Source: Podospora anserina
Taxonomy: Eukaryota
Direction: 5' to 3'
DNA length: 64,000 nt
NCBI GenBank assembly: GCA_017654855.1
Contig: JAFMPO010000001.1
Location: 1 to 64,000, forward strand
The notes below the pieces were generated by a model. The model did no database searches. It was given only the letters and a program-made list of their open reading frames with translations, and had not been told where the DNA came from. This document shows positions 39,072-51,610 of this stretch, piece by piece. A program made the translations under genes and the position numbers. Positions within the stretch are counted from its first letter, which is position 1. Every line of letters begins with the position of its first letter.

Positions 39072-40337
39072 TCAAGCCGTAATCATGTCAAAAACATTCA
39101 CATACCCGTTGAAATCTCCCACTGCAATCTTTGTGCAGTCGTTTGAAAAAGCAGCCGCGGTGATGACGGATGCTCGAGTCGCAAAGTCTCCCCTGAAGGC
39201 GCCACTGGCCGCATCGCTCACGTCGAATCCGTCTTCTGTCCGGCACGCCAGGTACCGGCAGTCCTTCGACACGGCCAAAGGCCACCCCTCTGTTTGCCTG
39301 ACCACATTCAAATTGTAATTATGCACCCTCCCCGTCTCCAGATACCACAGCACCACATCTCTCCCCCAAACCGTCACCACCACCTTCCCATCCCCAGACA
39401 CTTGCAAAATATCACACGCCGCCCTCGCCCCAATCTCAATCCTCTTCAGCGTCCTCCCGCTATGTAGATCCGTAACCCTCACATACCCATCCCTCCCCGC
39501 CGTCACCAACCCCCCCCTTTCGGGCAAGAACCCCATCCCCGTCACCTCCTCCGTGTGCTTGATAATCATCGTCCTCACCTTCAACAACCTCAGGCTCTCC
39601 CCAAACTCACAAACCACCACCCGGCTCGAGTCCTTACTCGACACCCCAGCCACCAACCCCCCATCCTCACTCATCACCACCGGCGCCCTCACCGGCACCT
39701 CATTCCTGCTCCACCTAGTCCTCTTCCCCACATCATACACCTCCACCAACGGCTGCCGGGCATCAAACCCATCCGACCCCTTAACCTTGACATAAAAAGG
39801 ACAGACCACCACCAGCTCCCCGGCCGCCACCCTCCCAGGCCGGAAACAGAACCCCTTGTGAACCTTGAGCCCAAACAAATTCGTATGCGTCCTCCCCCCA
39901 CTGTTCTCTTTGGCCGCCCACACCGCCAAGGCACTCGACTCATCAGGGTCGAAGCTCTTGATGTTGCTCTGCTTCGGCACCAGAGCAGCAACGTGCTTGT
40001 CACCCGGACTGAAAGCCAAATACGACACCTCGCCTTGCATGGCCGCCGTCTTGTTTCCCACAAAGTTACTGGCGTGGTGCGCGGTCATGGTCTTGACAAA
40101 GACCATGCTGGTCATGTTTTCAGAGGGCATCCGGCCCGGCTCCTCGTCGGGGGGATCGTCCCATCGTCGGCGCGTGCTGCTTGTGATGCTGGCATTGTCG
40201 CCTCCGCTGCCGCTGCCGCTGCCGTTGCCAAAGGAGGGGACGCTGAGGGACTCCTCCACTGTGGCCCGGAATGGCGGCGGCGGTGGTGGTGGTGGTGGTG
40301 GTGGTGGTGGTGGTGGGGCAGCGGGTGAGTCTGACAT
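39072..40337 (-). CDS. WD40-repeat beta-propeller protein with N-terminal poly-Pro
   Basis: LAFSPG, HTEEVTGMGF..LVTAGRDGYVRVTD, ITAAAFSNDCTKIAVGDFNGYVNVFD; (GGT)n at ~40281-40315 encodes the poly-Pro. Confidence 0.85.
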   Translation of the reverse strand: MSDSPAAPPPPPPPPPPPPPPPFRATVEESLSVPSFGNGSGSGSGGDNASITSSTRRRWDDPPDEEPGRMPSENMTSMVFVKTMTAHHASNFVGNKTAAMQGEVSYLAFSPGDKHVAALVPKQSNIKSFDPDESSALAVWAAKENSGGRTHTNLFGLKVHKGFCFRPGRVAAGELVVVCPFYVKVKGSDGFDARQPLVEVYDVGKRTRWSRNEVPVRAPVVMSEDGGLVAGVSSKDSSRVVVCEFGESLRLLKVRTMIIKHTEEVTGMGFLPERGGLVTAGRDGYVRVTDLHSGRTLKRIEIGARAACDILQVSGDGKVVVTVWGRDVVLWYLETGRVHNYNLNVVRQTEGWPLAVSKDCRYLACRTEDGFDVSDAASGAFRGDFATRASVITAAAFSNDCTKIAVGDFNGYVNVFDMITA

Positions 40338-40990
40338 TTCTGTAAGGTATGTGTGGGAGGTGTACAGACAGGAAAAGCGAATGTACAATGCAGGTGGTGT
40401 GAGTGAGAAGGGGTGACAGACAAGAACAAGGCAAAAAACAAGGATGATATGCTCTGATTAAGAAGGTGCAGCAGTGATCAGGAAAACAAATGCGGGCCGA
40501 GGTTGCGGCCGCTTTAGTTCACTGGGGTGGGAACTGTGGGTGTCTGGTGCCAGCAGAAACAGCAAAAAGACCACGCCATGACTTCACCATGCATCATTTG
40601 GGACGTTGGGCTTTTCGAAAGGCTGAAATCATGTATGGAATGTATCCGCTAGTGGTGGATAGTCGTTGAATGAGGTGCTGTTAAAACATGCAAAGTGCGA
40701 GATCTGCAAAACAGAATTCCGAGGCCGCCGGTGTTGTGCTGTTGCTGGTGGGGGCTTGGGGGCTTGTACAATGGAAATTTGCGGGCAGCTGGCCAGCAAT
40801 GGAGCGCCAAGTTTATACCAAGTTTTCGGTTCCATCCCCAAGTTCAATATCTCTGAGGCTGTGCTGTCAAGAATCAGCGGCTACAACCGTCCAGATGCAT
40901 TTTGATACGCCAACTCCCGAAACCCTTCTTGCATGGCTTCCAAGAGCATCAAGGACCCTGAATGAGACTCCCCACTCGACTCGTGCTCGA

Positions 40991-42717
40991 TTAAACACGG
41001 CCATTCGGGCTCTTGGGCGGAGTCGGGATGTGCTGGTCGGTGGCATCCGACCATGATGCATCTGCGTGTTTGAGGTGATGGACAAAGTGGTTCTGCACGG
41101 AAGCCCAAATGCCAGGCCGTTCAACTTGGTGATTTATTATGTCAGCAGCCGAACTGGCTCTCACGAATTGACCACTCACGTCGAATGTCAGGGTGCTGCT
41201 CCATAGCCCATCTTGTCAAGGCGAGATGTGACGAGACGTTGAGCATGAAAACTAACAACGGGACTGGTCAGCCAATGCCGCCGGTAATCCGGGAGCTCCG
41301 GATAGGCAGCCACACTTACACAGAGACCCTTCGAGCTTCGTGGGATCGTTGGCGGCCTCACTAGCTTGTGTATATGCTTCATAGGTCTCCCCATGAGGCA
41401 TGTAGCTCTGTTCGAAGCTCAAACCGCCGGCCTCCAGTGGCCTGACACTGCCTTTGTACTGGCCATGAATGACACCGCATAGTTCCGTAGCGATGTTGCG
41501 GTGATAGTAGGGTATTCGGAGCGTGTTCCTAGAGACTGCCCACTTGTCCCCAAAGACGCAAAAGTCCACCAAGCTTGCAGCCGGCCACTTGCTTGGAGCA
41601 GTCAGGACACAATACGAGGTTGGATCTAGTTGATCGGTGTTCGCCGTCAAATGACAAAATCGTGACAAGTCGTACCGATATGGCGCATATTTCCCATGCC
41701 ATGCCACCACGTCAAACGGCGTGTGTGGCTGTGTGTAAGAGAACAGTCTTCCGGCCAACTTGACGGTGACACAAAATGAACTGGTGTCCTCGTCCGGGTC
41801 GAGGTCAAACCGTGCGACTGGATATTCAAAGTCTCGGTCATGCGCCAGGCCATTTGCGCCCAACACACCCAGATCGGGCAATGCGTATCGAGTCCCAAAA
41901 ACCTCCAACGCGTAGCCGGAGGCTTTGATTTCTGACCACTGATCCCCGGCTGGACGGAAGATTTCGACCGAAAATCGAATTCCTGGAGGCAGGACCACAA
42001 TGGAGCCGGGCTTGACCAAGAGGCTGCCCAGCTCGGTCTTGACATTCAGTGTCCCTTGTTGTGGTACCACCAGAAGCTCGCCGTCGTGGTTAACAAAGGC
42101 CTCACGCTCCATATTCATGTTGAACTCGTACTGATGAACTGCCAGACCCTCTTTGAGCGTGGCGTCTCCATGGCCCCCCATAGTTCTCAAGCCTTGAACA
42201 AAGGTGACCCTGCGGTTCGTGGCCGAGTTCGACGATTCATTGCTTTTTAGAGGACCCCACGTATATGGAAGCGGCGTGAAGGCGACATTCGAGTTCGTGG
42301 GTAGAAAGCATGACTCCAGCTATCGACTTGGTCAGCCTGGTAACTGAAGCGTTGTGAGGCCTCTACAACAAACATGGAGAATCTCTTCCACCTGTGATGG
42401 CAGGTGACGGGCTGCTGCTGGCTTTCCACGATACATCCATCTGTAAATAAGAATGTCAAGGCACGAAACGGCAAAGGTTGTCGAGGGCCCACGTACACGT
42501 TGGCAGCTGTGCTTTTTGGTGACATGAAAGGGGTGCCGTTCAGAAGCTCAGCGTAGAGTCCATATCTACTTTTCTGGGGGAGGTTGGTACCGTGTGGAGG
42601 AAGGGCACCCGGTATTGCTTCTGTGGAATGGTGGTTTCCAAATCCAACCTGATATCTGTAGGGGTCTACGGAATCCGCCGCGGTTCTTGGCCATGTTGGA
42701 AATTGTTGGAAGGCCAT
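40991..42717 (-). CDS. divergent homogentisate 1,2-dioxygenase family protein, five exons (introns ~42496-42441, 42373-42320, 41319-41252, ~41179-41126)
   Basis: [85 protein letters not shown]. Confidence 0.9.
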
Positions 42718-45286
42718 GTTCCTGATGTTCCAGGTTTAAGCAAGCTAAAAAGTCCAGAGGCAGCGAGGAGCAAAAGATTGATCTTGGAAGCTTGCTGACT
42801 GCTCTAGATATAGCATGCTCGAAGAGTCTGTCTCTCGTTCGGCCTTTGCCTGTTCAGACAGCTGGTGGTCTGCGGCGTTAACCGGCCCTCAGATGAATAG
42901 TTTGCCGCTCATGAACACCGAGCCAGACCAATGTGCTCGCTCCGCACGCCTTCCTTGTGAATCCAGGTGAGGCTCTCGTCAACGCGCTGGCAAGGGTGGC
43001 TACCCCATATGTGGTTAGCAATGAGCGCGATGCTATAATTGGAGAATGTAGCAGCGGACTGGCCGGTCGGCCAAGCAATGACAGAGGCTTCCGCCCCTCC
43101 ATAACCCGCGCGGAACGACGGAAGGCTTCCATGCCTGCAGCTGACAGAGGACAGAGCATGTAGAGTAAATGCACTCTGCGACTCTTACCTGGACCATGCA
43201 CCCACAAAACTGTTGGCTTGGTTTTCTTCCGGTCAGGCGAGCACCCAAAGAAGCAACAGTGTTAGACCAAATATGTAACAGAAAGCAGGGCCTGGCCGCG
43301 GGAACAAAGACGGATGGACGTTGGTCACGGGCCCAGCGTTTCCAGACTGCCGGGTCGGCATCAAAAAGATCCCGAAGTCTCGTGTAGTTATCCGTCCACT
43401 AGCGTCATGTTTGCCGCCTTCTGTTGCCGTGTTCGAACCCTTGCTCCTCGTGGCCAGCATCTCCCCTCCTAGATCTCACTGGGCTGCTTGATCAGTCGTG
43501 CAACGTGGGGTCGAGGGATCGTGACAGATGCCGTGATGGAGACACGGCGGGAACCCGTGTGGGACTTGCTGGAAAGGGAAGGAACAGATCAGCGCCGAGT
43601 GTCGCATAGAGCTAGCTGTAAACAGGACGGTTTCTTTTCTCTTCCCTTGCCCAGCAGGTTGCCGTTAGTTCCCGTCCGGCTCCGGCCCGTGGCATGTTCC
43701 GTTGTGCCTTTCTTTGCTCGGGATTATGCAAGACCATGCCTCTACGAGCTTGGTCGAGTTGCAGCCAGGTCAAGATAGCTTCAACAAACCTCCGTACTTG
43801 CCCGAGAAAGGGCTGTTTGGTGGTTCATGGGCCGCTGATTCGTGCGCTTGTATACCTAGCTGGTAAGGAGTTGTTGACAAACAGGGACGAGCTGAGATCT
43901 GAATGGGATTGTTAGCCCACTGTTGGCTCTCGCCTCCTCTCGATGCCTCCACGGGCTGCAGTAGTTGGGCAAGTAGGACACGGATCAACCGCCGTTCCTG
44001 ACATGGCAGTTGCAGGCCATAACACCTGAATGACTCCGTCGTTTGAGAGAACGGGCCCTGAAGAACGCAATATGGCCTGATGGATCGGCATCTCGACGGC
44101 TCGGACGGAAGATGGTGTAGTGAGGCTGGATGATCGCTGACCCTGTTTTGTGGCCCGGGAAGCAATGCATCGAGCACAACGACGTTGCAGACGGGTTGGA
44201 AGGGTAGCATACGACGAAGGGTAGCTGCTGTCCACGAGAATACAACCCCCTTTCAAGCTTGGTCCCTGGTAGGGCCATTGGGGATAAGGCTCGGGGGGGT
44301 CTGCCCCTGCCCCCGATGGAGACCAATGGTGGGACAGCAAGTTGCCGTGAGCTTCCAGCTTCCGCAAGAAGTTTCTTGTTCCAAACAGGTACTGCGTGAG
44401 GTGCTCCCCATTACGAGAATCTGACTTCCGGATGAAATACCTCGTAGTTTTCCGCATGGGTCTCACCAAGCACTCATGGTGATCACATCGATCCTGCAGG
44501 CCATCCTCGTCAGTCTCTGCATCGTAAAAGTAGGTTACTGATAGTACATAACTTGAACTTTTAGCGGTTCGGTGTGGCGTTCCATCATGAGAGAGCTCTG
44601 AGCCGTTGAAACCCGAGGAGGTTCAGTCTTTGGTTCCGTTCTGGTTCGGATTTGTCGCTGATTCATCTACTTCGTCATGATCCATTGGTCCCTTTGACTA
44701 CCCAGCTAGGCCTACCATCATTAAGCTAACCATCGGATCCTCTCTGAGAAGCTCCGCGGTTGACGCGGAAGGTTGCATAATGTCGTTACTCACCCATCCA
44801 GATATTGATGAGGCATGTTGAGACCGACAAACAATATGAACCGGCAAGCAATGCGGCGGATGAGGCTTTACTGCATGGCGTATTTGCCCAATACCTCCAT
44901 CTTGTTGCTCGTTGACTTGATGGCGCCCCCTAACAGTTGAAGAACTGGACCCGTCCTGTTGTCATTCCTCAGCTGCGTGTAAGATATCCCCTATTCTCCA
45001 CTTTCGTACATGCAAATAATGGTCAGCAGGTTTGTTCGGCAAACCAACAGGCAGTATGGCGCAGAATCTGCCTGCCGCGGTATCCGGCAGGGGCAGGAAG
45101 GGCCAGATACGTGTCAGTGTGTGAAAAATATGGCCATGTGACACATAACGAGCCATGGATCTCATGGCCTTTCCATTATCCTACAATTCCTTTCGGCATC
45201 TCCCGCTCTCTGTTGCGTGTGACCGGCGAGATAACCAACTGTGTATACCTACAAGTACAAAGAGAAAAGAAAGGTGCGTAGTGCGG

Positions 45287-48200
45287 CTACCTGCTGTTGA
45301 TATGCTGGATAGCAGCGAGCCACTTCTGCTCATCAGACCTACGGCGACCAACGGTTAGCAACAACGATCGGCATCTTATACAAAAATCGAGAATAGACTC
45401 ACTTATCAAACTTGAGCAGCTTTCCAAGAACAGGTACCAACTGCGCCCTCAGCCTATTATCCTTCTGCTCCAAAAACTGCAACATAATCGTCTTCAGGTA
45501 CATGGCGTCGGGGGTACCCGCTCCATTGACGCTGCCGGAACGAGTCGATTCCTGCGAGGTCCTACTGGGGTTCGCAACAGCCGACGACAACTTGGCCTGC
45601 AGTGTCTTGACCTCCTTGTTCAACTTGTCATACCTTAACCGGTAATCGTCCAGCGCCCGACGCAACTCCGTCGCTTTCCTCTCGTGCTCCCGCACCTGCA
45701 GCTCCGATGCATCCAAAGTGGAGCGGAGGTTGGAGACGGTAGTGCGCATCTCACTCACTTCCGTCTCGGCCCTCTCCTCGATAGCCTCGAGCTCCTGCCT
45801 CCTACGGCGCCACTCGCGCTCCTCGCGTTCGAGGCTGTCTTTCTCGCTGGCAAGTTCCTTCACTTCCCGCTCCAGGTCGCGCACCTTTTGCTTGAGCTCC
45901 TCCGTCTCCCGCGATTTGCGACGAGCAAGGGAGGACGACTCATCTTCGAGGCGATCTCTCTCCTCGATGGCGGCCTCCATCTTGGTGCGCATCTCATGTA
46001 ACCTGCTCTCAGCACGCTCGTCAGCCCCGGCGAGGAGCTTCCGCATCGTGTCAGTGTCGCGAGTGCGTTCATCCAACATCTTCCGTGTATCGGTCAGTTC
46101 CTCTTCCAGATTCTCGACCTGAGACTGGCTCTCCTTGAGCTGCAGGCGTAGTTCCGCAGTCTCATCACGCATGCTTCCGATGAGGCTTTGAGCGCTGGAG
46201 TACTGATTGGTCTTTGCCTTGACTTCTTCCTGGAGAGTAGCTTGCTCCTTTCTTAACCTGTTGAGTTCGTCCTCAAGCTGTCCGACGCGTGGGCGGAGCT
46301 TGGAAGCCTCCTCTTGCACGCGCTGCAGTTCCCTGGATGCCTTCTCTTCCCTGGCCGAGATTTCGATCTTTTCAGCTTCTGAACGACGGAGGTCGCGGCC
46401 GGTAACACGACGCTCGTCCTCCACCTTCAGCCTAGCATTTGTCTCTTGGGCCACCTTCTCGTGCAGAGTCTTGATCTCAGCCTCTCGATCGGTCGCAAGA
46501 CGCTGGGCGCGGGCCAGCTCAGTCTTGAGATCCCTCTCGCGCTTCTCAAGGTTGCGCAGCTCAGTCGTCTTGGCTGCCAGTTCCTCCTTGGTTGTCTTGA
46601 GCAGGGCAGACTCCTGCCTGAGGTTCTTAAGCTCCGGCTGAGCCTTCTGAAGCATCTCCCGAAGATCAGTGAGGTCCTTGTATCTGGTCTGTGCAAGCTG
46701 CTGGGCGGCAGCCAAATCGGATTGCAAGGTCGATGACTTCATCTTCAGGTCGTCAAACTCTTGCTTCAACGACTCGTGTTCGCCCTGAAGCTTGGTGTTG
46801 ACCTGAGCACCAGCGGCCGCGGTCTCGACCTCCTTCTCAAGTTCCGCAATGCGTTCCTTGAGCTCCCTCTTCTCAGCCTCGAGCTCCTTGAGCCTTTGCT
46901 TGGCCTCAACATGGTCGTGGCCAATGGTCATCAGGTTCTCTTGGAGATTCTCAATTTCTTCACGGAGATCTTCCTCCGTCTTCCTCTGCTTCGATAGTCT
47001 TTCGATTCGCTGGTCCTTCTCGGCCAACTCTTCTTGGAGGCGCGTCAATTCGGTTTGCAGCTCGTCAGCGGAGGGCCCTAGCAGTGGCGAAGAGGGAGGC
47101 TGTTCAGTAACTGATGCTTCGCTGGGGGCGGGTTCAGCAGCAGCAGCAGCAGCAGCAGCCGCGCCGCCGCCGGCACCGCCCTTCTTCTTTTTCTTGTTGT
47201 TCTTCTTCCTGCCACCACCCTGTGCAGGTTGGGCCGGAGTGCTGGCTGAAGCAGCAACAGCAGGGACAGGCGCTGGGATAGGAACCGACACTGCAGTCTT
47301 CAGCTTTTTGTCCAACTCTTCTATCTTGGCTTCATCCTGAGCCTTGGCCTTCTTCAGTGTCTGGATTTCAGAATTCAGTTCCTGGATCTTGGTATCGAGA
47401 TTCTCCTTTGCTTCCGTGATTGTCTTCATCTCCTCCTCCAGGTCCCTGTTGCGGTTCGAGGCGGAAGAAAGCTTCGCTTCCTTCTCCTTGATGGCCTGCT
47501 TGCCCTGTTCCACCTGCCTCTCGAGGTCTTTGATCGTGGCCCTGGCGGTATTGGCGCGCTCTGTCAAGGTTGTGATCTCGGTATTCCTAGCAGTGAGTTG
47601 TGCTTCAAATGAGTTCTTCAAAGCGGCAGCATCCTTGGCTTCGCCAAGTTCCTGCATAGCCGTCTCAAGACTCTCCACCAGACCGGCACTGTGCTCCTTG
47701 GCCTCGGACAGCTCTTCCTTCAAAGAGCGAACCTCAGTTTCGAGCTTCTCAATCTGTTCTGTCTTCTTTTCCACCTCTGCTTGTAGTTGTGGGATCTCAG
47801 TGTCATAAGAGAACAATGATTCGCCCTGGCCGCCTTCTTGGGACGCCTCTCCAGCCTTGACCATCTCGGAACCCTTCTCCTTCTCAGCAGGTGGGCTTGT
47901 TGATTTGTTGGTCTTCAATGCGGCAATCTCCTCCTTGAGTGCAAAAACCTCCTTGTCGTTCTCGGTGATCTTTTTAGAAAGTTCATCATTGAGAGCTGCC
48001 AATTGCTTCTCGGCCTCATCTGCCTTCTTTTTGTGCGAATCCTTCTCGGTAGTAACACGCTTTAGCTCTTCCATCACCATGTCGCTCTTGAGGTTCACCT
48101 GATTAAGGTACTCTACGAGAGCTTGAGGCTCGGCAATCGAAGTTAAGGGGGTGTTTTCCTTCAAAGTCTTCTCAAAGGGCTCGATCAGCATTACTTTGCC

Positions 48201-48834
48201 ATGCGCAATTCGGTAGGACCGTAGCAATTCCGGGTAGGCCTTTTCAAGCCTTTCGAGCTTCCTCAACTTGGCGCGGACCTCGGCCGGCAGTTCGGAAGCG
48301 ACGAGAGTCACAGTTGAGGAGTCCATCGACCTCTTCTCTGAGATCGAGGATGCGTCTGCGTTTTGCCCACTCTTCTCAGACATGGCTCTTGACGAAGCAG
48401 CCTCGCCCCCCTTTTCGGGAATCACCCCTAGTTCCTTTGCCTTTTCTGGATCCGTCGACATTGGGGTCGCGGCTCTCGAGGGCGTTGCGGTATCGTCGGT
48501 GTCGTCGATTGTAAAGGCAGCCTCGAATACGGCAGGATCGGGATTTGTGGCCCCCCCTTCTCGACTGGCGGAATCCTGGCCCTGCTTCGCTGTTGGGCGC
48601 GGTCGTCGAGCTGGAGAATGGGTGCCCGCACCACTAGATGAGCGCGACCTCCGCGCAGGAGCGCTCCCTGAAGCCTGCGGTTGCGCCTCCAGAGAGGCAC
48701 GTTGTCGAGCTTGTTCCTCTGCGATGGTCCGGTCAATTGCTCCTTTCAGTCTCTGCAGGTGCTCCATTGTCAGGTTTGGCCGTTGAAGGAGGAGTTAGTT
48801 GCCTTGAGCGGATGTTGCAACTGACCTGGAACAT
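45287..48834 (-). CDS. IMH1: GRIP-domain golgin (Imh1-like coiled-coil protein); exons 48834-48826, 48752-45403, 45338-45287
   Basis: MFQ|RLKGAIDRTIAEEQ start, ~1000 aa coiled coil, C-terminal YLKTIMLQFLEQKD..LVPVLGKLLKFDK|SDEQKW. Confidence 0.9.
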
Positions 48835-49930
48835 ATTGAGTTAAGACTGGAGAAACCAGCCACAAAAAAAAGGATAACACAGCAAAATTGTCTCAGCGGA
48901 GACACGAAAGGGAGCGCAAGGTGTCAAGTTGTCCTGTAGCTGCACAGACAAAGGTCGAGATTAGTCGTCACAATTGGCGCGCAAGGAGGAATATGGAGTA
49001 GGTGGAAAGGGCAAGGGAACGAAAAGAAGAGACTAACTTTTAGAATCAAAAGCCCCAGAAAAGAGGATTGGACTTCATTCAACGGCCGTGGGCATGATTT
49101 TGTTCCTGATGCCACAGCGGATTGTTTCGTCCTTCGTCTCTGAAGTTGAGCCACTTGTCAGCCAGCGCCAGCTTTCGGCAGCAGTTCGCAGCCTGCCAAG
49201 AGCGCCCTGACAACCCCAGGGATTTTAGGCCGCGCAGGGGTCGTCGGGAAGTTGGGATTGCCGGCGGCATCTTGTTTTTGTGGGTAAGCCGTTATGCGGC
49301 ATACAGAGATATTTACGCCTTTCCACAAATGTTGGGCATTTGTCTGCCAGCCTCCCAGCCCAGCGACAATAAGGTTGATACGAGCATAGACGTGGAGAAG
49401 ACCGTGAAAAGATAAAACTAGAGAAGATGGAGCGATTATGCCAATCTCGGAGGTCATGCTCCGTAGTTACTGCCGGGCTGGTATGCAGAGAGATGACCCG
49501 GGTATTCTTTTATCGGGGGATGAGGTCACCGTGCGCGAGCTCTCCACAGCACCCTTGAAAGTCTAGCGCTGGAGCTCCTTTCCCAGTGCTGTCATCTTTC
49601 CATCGCAAGTTCGCAGCTGACAGCCTCAGGTGGGCGATGCGAATACAAGCTTGACATCCAAGCAGCCTTGCCGCGACAAAAATTCTTGCTGGCGGAGTCT
49701 TTGCTGTCGAGGCCGACGATTTTCTCAACGGTTTTTGTTTTTTTGTTTTACTCTTCCAGTGTTATCTCTTTTCACTTCTTACACTCTCTGCTGAAACAAT
49801 AATTTCCACATCCCACACTCTACCTACCCCTTTCGCGCAAACGTAGTCCCGACGACAGCAATACAGACACGACGTTACCACCATCACGGCTATATAGCAC
49901 AGTTATTGGCGACTTTTCCTCTTATTCACT

Positions 49931-51127
49931 ATGATTTCGCTCTGGCCATGGGGGGTTAGTGTAGCCTTGCTTCCTGCGCCGTTTGCTTGCTGACTGACAT
50001 TGTATTTATTTGCACAGAGAGACGACTCTTCCCCCGCCTCTTTTGAAAAGGCGCTCTCGACTCTTTCGACCAAAATAACGGTAACCCAAACTCGCCTCGA
50101 TCAATCCCGCGCGAAAGCCAGACGGATCAAGGTGCTGGGTACGCTTTACATCGGTTTCGCCTACCTTGTTTATGCGATTGTCTTGATGCTGGTGGTTGGT
50201 TACAAGGACATGGGGGCATGGGAGTGGACGGGCATGGCGGGAGGGCCAGTCTTGATTTCGCTGGTCCGCTCGATGACGACCATTTTCTTTGATTACCGAA
50301 TCGAGAGGCTCACTGCGCGCCTCAAGGAGTATCAGACTGAACGCGCCAAAACCATCCAGAAACTAAAGGATGCTACCAAGTACGATTCGACGCTCGAGCT
50401 GCTCGAGAAGTACGGCGGCTCCGACAACAAACAGAAGAAGAGCAAGAAGAAGACGTCCGAGGAGGAGGAAGACGAAGGCGCTGGCGCTGTCAAAGAACAG
50501 CCACAACCCAGGCATCATGCTCGTACGGGACTGCCGCCCCCGCCCACAGCAAACATCCAGCGCCGTCCAGAGTCCAGTGCCGGTGCACCTGCACCACACT
50601 CTAGGGTGCCAAGTTCAGTATATGGAGCACCAAGCCAACGGTCTCCCAGCCCCATGATCAGTGAGGCGGCCGAGTTCGCGCCAAATGCTTTTGAAGGGAG
50701 AGCTCCCCCGCCGTTCCTACAGCATCCACCTGCCACGATGGCCCCTCCTCCCGAGCCGCACTGGTACGATCGCATTCTGGACACCTTGTTGGGGGAAGAC
50801 GAGACGGCCGCCAAGAACAGAATTGTCTTGATCTGCGCGAAGTGCCGGCTTGTCAACGGCCAGGCACCACCAGGAACGAAATCATTGGCTGAGATTGGAA
50901 AATGGAAGTGCATGGCATGTGGGGCGACCAATGGCGAGATAGACGAGGGGAAGCGCATCGTGCAGGAGGTACTTGGAGGAAGGGGAACAAAGGCGGACTC
51001 CATTGCCGGAACCACCGATGATGAAGGCGGACAGAGCTCCAGCGAGATTGTCGAGGTAGAGCGGGATCTGTCCACCGAACCTCAGGAACTGTCCGTGAGG
51101 AAGAGAGCGAAGAGGGGGCAGTGGTGA
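49931..51127 (+). CDS. LNP1: ER junction protein lunapark; intron 49955-50017
   Basis: MISLWPWG|RDD..FEKALSTL, two TM segments, KLKDATKYDSTLELLEKYG, WYDRILDTLLGEDE, LICAKCRLVNG..WKCMACGATN zinc finger. Confidence 0.93.
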
Positions 51128-51610
51128 TCGAGTGCTAGGACGGTATTTCTTTTAACAGTTCAATCTATCTCATGGTTTCTTTTGTTGTGGCTCGCACAAC
51201 ACATCTACTGAACTTAAGAGGTCCGTCGTGTGCCAAGCCTGCCCTGGAACCTGCCTGCAATGCGTGGGATAAAGTACAAAGAGTAGGGTGCGGTGGTGAG
51301 TCCGAACTGAGAGGGTTATGGCTCTTTGTCATAGAGCGGACCATACCCTATTTTTGGGTAGAGTACAAAGGATGGTCCGTGATGGCTTCGTGGGCGGTTC
51401 TGCAGGATCGCCAAAGGCTCGACAATGCCATTTTGAAGCATCTCGAAGCCATGTAGGAAGATAAAGAAACCTAATGAGGATTAAAATCTGGAAAGGCCAG
51501 CGCAGTAATCCACTTCGAGGATCGTTACATCTTTCTTTTTGATCGTAATATACTGATCAGCGCCTCATCACCATCAAAGCTCCGATATATTATTCGAAAC
51601 CAGCACAGCA

